A DNA stretch of 64,000 bases from Bacteroidia bacterium (GTDB taxonomy: Bacteria > Bacteroidota > Bacteroidia > CAIKAF01). Shown here one piece after another: positions 10,012 through 17,678 of the stretch; position 1 is the stretch's first letter, and each line of letters begins with the position of its first letter. A program made the position numbers and the translations under genes. The stretch lies in contig JAUHWY010000005.1 of assembly GCA_030427255.1 (NCBI GenBank), positions 23,776 to 87,775 on the forward strand. Reading direction: 5' to 3'. The notes under the pieces are model-generated. The model searched no databases, was not told where the DNA came from, and saw only the letters and a program-made list of their open reading frames with translations.

Positions 10012-10769
10012 TAGAAATCAAACATTTAAGCAAATCGTTTGGGGAGAATCAAGTATTGCATCAAATTGATGCAGAGTTTGAGGAGGGGAAAACCAATTTG
10101 ATTATTGGGCAATCGGGGAGCGGCAAAACGGTGTTAATGAAATGCGTTGTTGGCTTATTTGAACCGAGCGAAGGCGATGTCCTGTATTCAGGAAGGTCCT
10201 TTACCCAAGCCAGTTTGAATGAAAAGCGAAACATTCGCAAGGAGATTGGAATGGTATTTCAAGGAGGTGCCTTGTTTGATTCAATGACGGTAGAAGAAAA
10301 TGTGGCGTTTCCTTTACGCATGTTTACCCAAGAAAGCCGCAGCGAAATTATGGACCGTGCGAATCTTTGCCTTAAACGGGTAAACCTTCCAAACGCCCAC
10401 AAATTATTTCCCTCCGAAATTAGTGGAGGCATGAAAAAACGGGTGGCGATTGCAAGAGCTATTGCCCTAAATCCAAAGTATTTATTTTTTGACGAACCAA
10501 ACTCAGGCTTAGACCCACGCACGTCAATTCTAATTGACAACCTTATTCAAGAAATTACCCAAGAATACCAAACCGTTACCGTAATCAACACCCACGATAT
10601 GAACTCGGTAATGGAGATTGGAGATAAGATTTTTTATATTCACAAGGGGCACAAACATTGGCAAGGAGACCGCGTTGGAATTTGGGAAAGTCCAAATAAG
10701 GAGTTGACCGATTTTGTTTTTGCCACACGTCTTATGCGAGATATTCGAAGCAAAAATTTTAAGCCTTGA
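9975..10769 (+). CDS. ABC transporter ATP-binding protein, MlaF-like
   Basis: Walker A GQSGSGKT. Signature LSGGMKKRVAIARA. Walker B FFDEP. Confidence 0.85.
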   Translation: MEPHFNSTAAVMIEIKHLSKSFGENQVLHQIDAEFEEGKTNLIIGQSGSGKTVLMKCVVGLFEPSEGDVLYSGRSFTQASLNEKRNIRKEIGMVFQGGALFDSMTVEENVAFPLRMFTQESRSEIMDRANLCLKRVNLPNAHKLFPSEISGGMKKRVAIARAIALNPKYLFFDEPNSGLDPRTSILIDNLIQEITQEYQTVTVINTHDMNSVMEIGDKIFYIHKGHKHWQGDRVGIWESPNKELTDFVFATRLMRDIRSKNFKP

Positions 10770-10835
10770 AAGGTTTAATCTAATTTTAAACTTTCTTTTT
10801 TATGGCTTGGCCATAGGGATTACTAACTTGCTCCT

Positions 10836-13800
10836 ATGAGATTTCTGATTGCCGCTTTACTTCTTCCTTTGGTTACCCTTTATGGCCAAAGCAGCTATAC
10901 CTTTACCAACTGTGGAGCATCGGGTCGTTTTGGGCCGAGTCAAACCAATGTAAACAACAGCTATACCTCGGGAAACTCCTTGCACAATCAGGTAAGTATT
11001 AACACTCAAGGGTTTCAGGAATGGACGGTGCCCACAACGGGCACGTATCGCATTCAAGCCTTTGGAGCGCAAGGTGGGGAAGGTGCAAACTCTCCAAGCT
11101 CCAGAGGAGGAGGTGGGCCCGGTGGCTTAGGTGCGCGCGTAGAAGGAGATTTTTCCTTAAATGCCGGTGATGTATTGGTGGTTGTGGTAGGACAAGAAGG
11201 TCAGGATGGTATTGGAAACGGCAATTGCGGTGGTGGCGGTGGCGGCGGCTCTTTTGTTTGGCTAAAGCAAAACAACACACTCTTACTTGCCGCAGGCGGC
11301 GGCGGAGGAGGCCCCGGTAACTCATGGCAAGCCAATACTACCATTCATGGCACAAGCTCTACTTCCGGGCAAACACCTCCGGCGGCCGTAAGTTATGTGA
11401 GTGGTCAAGGAGGTACTAATGGTCAAGGCGGTGGAGCCGGCAGCCAAGGAGGGAATAGCAATTGCGGTTATTGTGGAGCCGGAGGCGCCGGCTGGCTGAG
11501 CAATGGTGCAGCAGGTGGTCAATATGGCGACAATTTTGGAAGAACCAGAACCTTCGGCTTTATTGGCGGCAGAGCCAACAACAACCTTACCCATGGAGGT
11601 TTTGGTGGTGGTGCTGCCACAGGCGATGATGGAAGAAGCGATTACAGCCATGGAAACGCCGGTGGAGGCGGATACTCCGGTGGCGGAGGGACAGGTTACC
11701 CCTACTTTGGAGGTGGCGGAGGATCCTTCAACAGCGGAGCCAACACGAACGATGCAGGAGCCGTGCGGAGTGGGCATGGGCAGGTACTCATAACGGAACA
11801 GGTGTGTCAAGGAATTCCCAATGCAGGTACCGTTGATGTGAATGGGCAAGACACCTTGTTCTTTTGCAGTCCAAGTCAAGTAACCTTATCTGTGCAAGGC
11901 GCAGCATCAGGCTCGGGGATTTCTTATCAATGGCAAAGCAGCGGAGGCCCCTTTGGCCCTTGGCAAAATATACCGGGCGCTACCAATTTGACCCATGTTG
12001 CCAATGTGCAAGGTTTTGGAAGCTTTTTTCGCTTGCGGGTTAGTTGCTCCGGTTCGGGTCAATTTGCCTTTAGCAATCGAATTGCCGCCTTGGGAGACCA
12101 AACTCCTCCCACCATTTCGGCGCCGGCAGACCTTTTGCAACAACCTACAGACTCAGGAAACTGCAGTCGCGCCAATCTAAATTTAGGGCAGGCCAATGCT
12201 AACGACAATTGCCAAGTTGCTTCCGTTTCCAATAATGCCCCGGCATCCTTTCCTTTAGGAATTACTCAGGTGGTATGGACCGTTACGGATGGTTTTGGTT
12301 TAACGGCCACTGATACCCAAACAGTGGAGATTTTAGACCTTGAAGCTCCAATAATGGCTCAGGCCTCTCCATTAAATCTGCAAGCAGACCCCGGAGGCTG
12401 CAGCGCAACCAATACCGGACTTACCCCGCCCTCTACCACAGAAAACTGTCAGTTGGCTTCCGTAAACAACAATGCGCCTGCAAGCTTTCCGGCCGGTGTT
12501 ACGCAAGTGGAGTGGGTTGCCTTAGATGCGGCGGGAAATGCAGACACCATTTATCAAACGGTGGTGGTGACGGATGGAGAAGCCCCCCAAATGGGACCGG
12601 CGCCCACTGACACCTTATTCACGGATCCGGGCCAATGCACGGCCAGTCAGTTTAGCTTAAATAGCCCAAGTGCCACAGACAACTGTGGAGCGCTTAGCCT
12701 TACCAATAATGCTCCCTCCATTTTGGCAGAAGGAGTTCACGCAATTGTTTGGACTGCTACCGACAGCTCCGGAAACAGCAGTCAAACCACCCAATTGGTG
12801 GTGGTAATAGACAATGAAGCGCCACAATTGCAAGCGCCCAACGATATTTCAATAGCAGCAGACCCTGGGGCATGTACGGCTTCCAACGTAAACTTGGGCC
12901 AAGCCCTAACTTCGGACAATTGCGGTATTGGGCAAGTAGTGAATAATGCGCCCGTTCAGTTTGCTTTAGGGCAAACCATGGTGGTTTGGACCTTAGCGGA
13001 TCAATCCGGAAATGTGGTTACCGATACCCAATACGTTACCGTTAGTGACCAAAGCCCCCCTAGCCTAAGTGCCCCTCAAGCAGTACAATTCACTGTAGAC
13101 TCTGCCAGTTGCCTACTAAGTCAACCGGCATTAGGCCAAGCCGTGGCAAACGATGCATGCAGTCCTGTTGCAATAAGCAATGACGCACAAGGCAGCTATG
13201 GCCCGGGAGTGTACACCATAACCTGGACGGCCAGCGACACCAGCGGAAATACGACAACTGCACAACAAACCCTTACGGTTACGGATAATTTTGCCCCAAT
13301 AATTAATTTTTGTGCTCCGGATACCTTCGTTTGCTTTGGTGTAGAAACAACTTTGCCTTTACCTTCCGGGACAGACAATTGCAGTTCTGCTTTGAGCACG
13401 GAACAGGTTAGTGGACCCATAAATGGCACCATTTTTCCTATGGGTCAGCATCAATTGGTGTTTGCATTAAAAGATGCTGCACAAAATGCTGCCTACTGCA
13501 CTACCATGGTAGATGTAAGGCCATTGCCCAACACCTCTACCAACCAGCAGGGAACGGTATTGTCCGCAGTACAAAGTGGTGCGCTATACCAATGGCTTGA
13601 CTGCCTGGATAATTACAATGCCCTTGCGGGAGAGACCGCACAACAGTATACCCCATCATCTAGCGGAAGCTATGCTGTCCGGGTTGACTTAAATGGGTGT
13701 CCGGACACCAGCTTATGTTTGGAAGTAAACCTAACTGGGCTGTTTGAAGCGAATACTCAAGATTTTAAAATTTGGCCTGTTCCCGCCACGAAGGTCTTGA

Positions 13801-13985
13801 ATATTGAAGTGATGGAAGCAGGTCTTTTTAAGGTTTTTGATTTGAGGGGCGCCTTGGTTATGGAGCAGAAACTTCAAAAGGGAACCCAGCAAATATCCTT
13901 GCAAGGTCCAGCACCGGGGGTATATCTTATCCGCTTTACCGGAAGCGAGACCTCTCATCAGCAACGTTTGGTTATTCAACCATAG
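10836..13985 (+). CDS. large secreted protein: N-terminal glycine-rich (ALK-like Gly_rich) domain + ~7 HYR repeats + T9SS type-A C-terminal sorting domain
   Basis: 1049 aa with signal peptide. N-terminal domain TVPTTGTYRIQAFGAQGG...VVVVGQEG...LLLAAGGGGGG...GHGQVLI is paralogous to the C-terminal domains of the proteins at 22134, 45818, 47106 and 48698. Repeated DNC/TDxxGN HYR-like modules. C-terminal KIWPVPATKVLNIEV...GVYLIRF sorting domain. Confidence 0.8.
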   Translation: MRFLIAALLLPLVTLYGQSSYTFTNCGASGRFGPSQTNVNNSYTSGNSLHNQVSINTQGFQEWTVPTTGTYRIQAFGAQGGEGANSPSSRGGGGPGGLGARVEGDFSLNAGDVLVVVVGQEGQDGIGNGNCGGGGGGGSFVWLKQNNTLLLAAGGGGGGPGNSWQANTTIHGTSSTSGQTPPAAVSYVSGQGGTNGQGGGAGSQGGNSNCGYCGAGGAGWLSNGAAGGQYGDNFGRTRTFGFIGGRANNNLTHGGFGGGAATGDDGRSDYSHGNAGGGGYSGGGGTGYPYFGGGGGSFNSGANTNDAGAVRSGHGQVLITEQVCQGIPNAGTVDVNGQDTLFFCSPSQVTLSVQGAASGSGISYQWQSSGGPFGPWQNIPGATNLTHVANVQGFGSFFRLRVSCSGSGQFAFSNRIAALGDQTPPTISAPADLLQQPTDSGNCSRANLNLGQANANDNCQVASVSNNAPASFPLGITQVVWTVTDGFGLTATDTQTVEILDLEAPIMAQASPLNLQADPGGCSATNTGLTPPSTTENCQLASVNNNAPASFPAGVTQVEWVALDAAGNADTIYQTVVVTDGEAPQMGPAPTDTLFTDPGQCTASQFSLNSPSATDNCGALSLTNNAPSILAEGVHAIVWTATDSSGNSSQTTQLVVVIDNEAPQLQAPNDISIAADPGACTASNVNLGQALTSDNCGIGQVVNNAPVQFALGQTMVVWTLADQSGNVVTDTQYVTVSDQSPPSLSAPQAVQFTVDSASCLLSQPALGQAVANDACSPVAISNDAQGSYGPGVYTITWTASDTSGNTTTAQQTLTVTDNFAPIINFCAPDTFVCFGVETTLPLPSGTDNCSSALSTEQVSGPINGTIFPMGQHQLVFALKDAAQNAAYCTTMVDVRPLPNTSTNQQGTVLSAVQSGALYQWLDCLDNYNALAGETAQQYTPSSSGSYAVRVDLNGCPDTSLCLEVNLTGLFEANTQDFKIWPVPATKVLNIEVMEAGLFKVFDLRGALVMEQKLQKGTQQISLQGPAPGVYLIRFTGSETSHQQRLVIQP

Positions 13986-14415
13986 GGGTCAAAAATATAG
14001 CCTTGGGAATCTGTTGAGGAGCTTCCAATGGGCAGGTATTTCGTAAAGGCACAATGCTTAGCGACAAAAGCCTGAGGCCTTAGCGCATGCTTAGCTTAGA
14101 TATATCGGTTTTACTTATTGGCCTTTTCAATTGGCCATATGCCACGGTTTTAACCAAAGGAGACCGTTGACGGGTTGCGTTTTCAAGGCGAATTAAGGCG
14201 CGTACAAATCGAAAGGCCGCTGACGCTTCGGTCAGGACAGGCCGGAGTTTACCATATGTAAATGAGCACCTTGAGATTTGGACGCAACGCCCAGACGCCG
14301 CCAGAATAGCAATTCGTCAACGATCTCCAAAGATAGAAAGTAATAAGCCCTTTAGGGTTAAGTGTTACACCAAAGCGAGACTGATGGTTCGACGCTATTC
14401 CGGTAGTATTTTGGT

Positions 14416-14511
14416 CCTGACGCTTCGGTCAGGATTAGAAACCTGACGCTTCGGTCAGGATTAGAAACCTGACGCTTCGGTCAGGATTAGAAACCTGACG
14501 CTTCGGTCAGA
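14416..14511. repeat. tandem array of four 26-bp units, each a perfect hairpin (CCTGAC-GCTTCG-GTCAGG) plus ATTAGAAA spacer
   Basis: Three identical units plus a truncated fourth are seen directly. A solitary related hairpin lies at 14215-14236. Sits in a ~900-bp gene-free region between convergent genes. Confidence 0.9.
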
Positions 14512-14799
14512 AGCCAAGGCTTGAAAACACAAGGCATAAACAGCCTTAAAGCGTAATTCTGACATAGTTTCACTAGAAAAGCAACGCATCAACGGTCTGG
14601 TAATAATAATCGCTGGTCTGGTGCAATCGCTTAGAAAAGGCTGCAGGGCCGGGTATTGATTACGGATGGGCCAATGCAAAAACCGAAAGGCGGTGGATAG
14701 GTTTTGGCAGGGATCAAGAATAGGCCAAGAGAAATTTTATTTTTATTAGCTCTCTAAGCTAGCTATTTCCATTTGATGGAATCCATTCCATAAAAAAGA

Positions 14800-14841
14800 A
14801 AAACATGTACACCTGTGGAATAGTAGGCATACATGTTTTTT
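14800..14841. terminator. bidirectional rho-independent terminator
   Basis: Stem aaaacatgta/tacatgtttt with T runs on both strands (ttttttc on plus, ttcttttttat on minus). Lies 56 bp downstream of the minus-strand 81-aa gene. Confidence 0.6.
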
Positions 14842-14896
14842 CTAGAACCCAAGTTAGAATGTAGAAAGGAAGATTTTGATTAATTGTAAAACAAAT

Positions 14897-15142
14897 TTAA
14901 TGAACAAATTCTAAAGTTTCCATTATTTGGCTGAAATTTTTTCGTGCTTGTTCCCACCAAAGCCATTGGGCCATTTTTTCATCGGACAAATCGATCTCCG
15001 TGGAAAAAAAACGGTGTTCGATAATAGCACTCACTTCATCTAGGAGTTCGTCCATAGATTCGGTGTTTTGAGTTAGCAAAGCCAATTCATCGGAGGGGCT
15101 CATTGAGCCGTCTAAAAAACTATAGGTAGGTACTGCTTGCAC
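14897..15142 (-). CDS. small acidic hypothetical protein, 81 aa
   Basis: ORF with no recognisable domains. Last gene of the minus-strand peptide array. Followed by a terminator. Confidence 0.4.
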   Translation of the reverse strand: MQAVPTYSFLDGSMSPSDELALLTQNTESMDELLDEVSAIIEHRFFSTEIDLSDEKMAQWLWWEQARKNFSQIMETLEFVH

Positions 15143-15379
15143 GATTCCAATGTTTAATGTATTTTAGTTCTCTGATTTATTGGTGGCAGTCCTTCCTTTG
15201 TTTGCTCATCCCTACGTTTCCCCAAAATGAGTTAGGAAGGTCTGCCATTTTTTATGTCTTTTATTTGTACGCCTACTTTTGGCGTTGAGTTAGAAGGGAA
15301 CAATTGATGGTTATTGACGAACGATTAAGAAGCCTAGGCAAATAAAAGAACGGTCTTGGCAGAGAATGAATTGAATCGG

Positions 15380-15547
15380 TTAGTGCTGTAATTCGTCGAC
15401 GATTATTTGCACCTGAGCTTCCTCTCCGGAGCGTATGGCATCGTTAGAACGTTGCTCCAAGGCACGGTATTCGTCCGGAGACATGGTTGGCTTAGCTGCG
15501 ATCAGCAAGTTCAACATCAAGGCGACTAAAATCCAAAAGCTGTCCAT
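15380..15547 (-). CDS. small membrane/secreted peptide paralogue 1, 55 aa (MDSFWILVALMLNLLIAAKPTMSPDEYRALEQRSNDAIRSGEEAQVQIIVDELQH)
   Basis: Translated by hand (shorter than the ORF-track cut-off). N-terminal hydrophobic segment. C-terminal tail conserved with the two neighbouring paralogues. Confidence 0.6.
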   Translation of the reverse strand: MDSFWILVALMLNLLIAAKPTMSPDEYRALEQRSNDAIRSGEEAQVQIIVDELQH

Positions 15548-15570
15548 GGTATGGTATTTTTAAAAGTTGG

Positions 15571-15738
15571 TTAATGCTGTAATTCGTCTACAATGATTTG
15601 CACCTGGGCTTCCTCTCCGGAGCGTATGGCATCGTTAGAACGCTGTTGTAGCGAGCGATACTCGTCGGGAGACATGGTTGGCTTGGCTGCGATTAGCAAG
15701 TTCAACATCAAGGCTACTAGAATCCAAAAGCTGTCCAT
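15571..15738 (-). CDS. small membrane/secreted peptide paralogue 2, 55 aa (MDSFWILVALMLNLLIAAKPTMSPDEYRSLQQRSNDAIRSGEEAQVQIIVDELQH)
   Basis: Translated by hand. About 90% identical to paralogue 1, including its upstream CTTTTAAAA(A)TAATACC region. Confidence 0.6.
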   Translation of the reverse strand: MDSFWILVALMLNLLIAAKPTMSPDEYRSLQQRSNDAIRSGEEAQVQIIVDELQH

Positions 15739-15758
15739 GAGGTATTATTTTAAAAGGA

Positions 15759-15965
15759 TTAGTGTTGAAGTTCGTCTACAATAATTTCCAACGCAACGGC
15801 GTCTTTTGCAGCAATGGCATGAGAGGCCTCAATCCTAGTAGATTGGAGACTATCGTTTCCGGATGTGCTTTGGCTGCCCGCAAGTAAATTGGACACCAAT
15901 ACGATTAATAGCGTTAAGGTTTGCATTGCGATTTGTTGAATTATTATTGATAAATTCTTGAGCAA
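15759..15965 (-). CDS. small membrane/secreted peptide paralogue 3, 68 aa (possibly 55 aa from internal M at 15926)
   Basis: ORF track. Hydrophobic N-terminus. Diverged middle. C-terminal ...AVALEIIVDELQH shares the IIVDELQH tail with paralogues 1 and 2. Confidence 0.55.
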   Translation of the reverse strand: MLKNLSIIIQQIAMQTLTLLIVLVSNLLAGSQSTSGNDSLQSTRIEASHAIAAKDAVALEIIVDELQH

Positions 15966-16038
15966 AGTTGAACCAAACTCAAATCTGCCGCAAAACCACT
16001 TTTTAAAAATTTGACATTACGAGAAAAAGGCCCTAAAT

Positions 16039-17631
16039 TTGACATCTAGATTTGTCCAAAAACGGGTAGTTATGAAAAAAAATAGCCCTGATGCTTTAAG
16101 ACCGCTTGTAAAAAGCATGTCTCCTCAAGAACAGGAGGTTGCCAAGCAAGTGATTGTTGGCTTTAACCGAAAGTTCGGTGATTACGAGCCAAAAACTTTA
16201 AAGCTTTTTCAATTTATTTCTGACAATACGGACCTAGGAAATTTTGATGATGAGCAGGTGAAAAACCTGCTTTTCCCCGAAATGGACGAAGCAACTTTCG
16301 GAAAACTGACATCACGTTTAAGGGAAAAAATCTTCGAATCGCTCATTTTGGACGTAAATCTTGACCGAAAAGGCACCTATCAGCCCTCTTGGTTGGTGCG
16401 TCAAAAGGCAAGAAAGAATCTCATTACCGCCGAAATTCTCAGTATCCGAAATCAACGCGATAAAGCCGAAAAGCTTATTCGAAAAACCATACGAGAGTGC
16501 CAAAAGCATGAGCTATACGATCTTCTTATTGGTCTCAATCATATTTCGTTCATCAATACCTGCAACACCAAAGGAGGCGAATACACTTCGCAAAACTTTG
16601 AAGACTTTCAATCGTATCTTGAAAAAGAACGACTTAAAAAAACCGCTGAAATGCATATGTACAAATATGCATTTTATGGTGTCAATAAGTCTTCGGCAAA
16701 GCCAAAACCCAAAGATGTTCTAAAGGATATTCAAAAAATAGAACAGGCTTTGGAACATGGACCTGAAGTCCCTTCTGCCAAGTATTTTCTCCTACAGCTT
16801 AAAACCGTGTATTGGGAATTAAAAGGTAATTTTAATAACCAAGTGCGCTTCGCCCGTCAATTGCGCGACCTTTTTGCCCAACATCCCCACCTTGGCTCGG
16901 ACATTAGAAATATTAATGCCTACTTACAAGAGTTTACAGCCCTCCTAAATCTAAACGAGCACAAAGAAGCGCTTGTAGCAGTACGAGAGGCACAAAAACT
17001 TGCTGTACCCGGCACATCAAGCTATTTCGAAATCACCAAAAACCAAGTGTATCCGCTTATTCATTTAGGTAGGTTGCACGAAGCCCGTAGAATAGTAGAA
17101 GACTTACTTGACGACGAACGAGTGCAAGGTCTAATGCAAGAGAAATTGCGCTATTTACTCTGCGTTATTCTTCGCGAAAACGGACAATACGGCTTGGTAA
17201 GCAGAACTCTTTTGGAGCTTAATGAGCTGCCTTCCGCTCAGCGCAATGGATGGAACGTAGGCGTGCGCTTCATGGAAATCCAAAACCGCTTGGAAAATGA
17301 GCTGTTCGATTTGGCCGAAACCCAAATCCAAAACCTCAAACGTTTTATGGAACGCCATAGCACTGCTATGAAAGACCGGAAACGCGATGTGATTATCCTT
17401 CGTATCCTGCTTCAACTGTCCAAGCTTGATTTCAACTTTGTCGAATTCATGAGCAAACATGCACCACTTGTAGATTTGCTTCAAGATGCTAGACCCGATT
17501 ACCGTTGGGATCCATTCGGCGCAGAAACCATTCCTTTTGATCAATGGCTACGCAAAATGGCAGGCATGCCAATGCTCAGTCCAAATTCAGATGAGAACTC
17601 TGAAAACGAACTGGTCTACATCGAAAAATAA
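16039..17631 (+). CDS. large all-helical hypothetical protein (TPR-like?), divergent from the peptide array
   Basis: 530 aa, no signal peptide, no recognisable catalytic motifs. Alternative start at 16072 (MKKNS). Confidence 0.5.
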   Translation: MTSRFVQKRVVMKKNSPDALRPLVKSMSPQEQEVAKQVIVGFNRKFGDYEPKTLKLFQFISDNTDLGNFDDEQVKNLLFPEMDEATFGKLTSRLREKIFESLILDVNLDRKGTYQPSWLVRQKARKNLITAEILSIRNQRDKAEKLIRKTIRECQKHELYDLLIGLNHISFINTCNTKGGEYTSQNFEDFQSYLEKERLKKTAEMHMYKYAFYGVNKSSAKPKPKDVLKDIQKIEQALEHGPEVPSAKYFLLQLKTVYWELKGNFNNQVRFARQLRDLFAQHPHLGSDIRNINAYLQEFTALLNLNEHKEALVAVREAQKLAVPGTSSYFEITKNQVYPLIHLGRLHEARRIVEDLLDDERVQGLMQEKLRYLLCVILRENGQYGLVSRTLLELNELPSAQRNGWNVGVRFMEIQNRLENELFDLAETQIQNLKRFMERHSTAMKDRKRDVIILRILLQLSKLDFNFVEFMSKHAPLVDLLQDARPDYRWDPFGAETIPFDQWLRKMAGMPMLSPNSDENSENELVYIEK

Positions 17632-17650
17632 AAAGTTCCTTATTCCATTA

Positions 17651-17678
17651 AAGGCCCTTTAACTAAGGGCCTTTTTTA
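17651..17678. terminator. bidirectional terminator between the 530-aa gene and purF
   Basis: Stem aaggccct/agggcctt followed by T run. Overlaps the purF stop codon. Confidence 0.6.

Noticed and set aside
14416-14511. Possible CRISPR array (identical 26-bp palindromic repeats)
   Set aside because: Repeats are directly abutting, with an 8-bp constant linker and no variable spacers. No cas genes nearby. Treated as a tandem hairpin array or candidate sRNA instead.
13986-14896. tmRNA, RNase P RNA or SRP RNA in the long non-coding gap
   Set aside because: By eye I could find none of the following: a tag-peptide reading frame ending ...ALAA, a T-arm GGTTCGAATCC, RNase P GGAAAGTCCGGGCT / AGGGTGAAA, or an SRP domain-IV motif.
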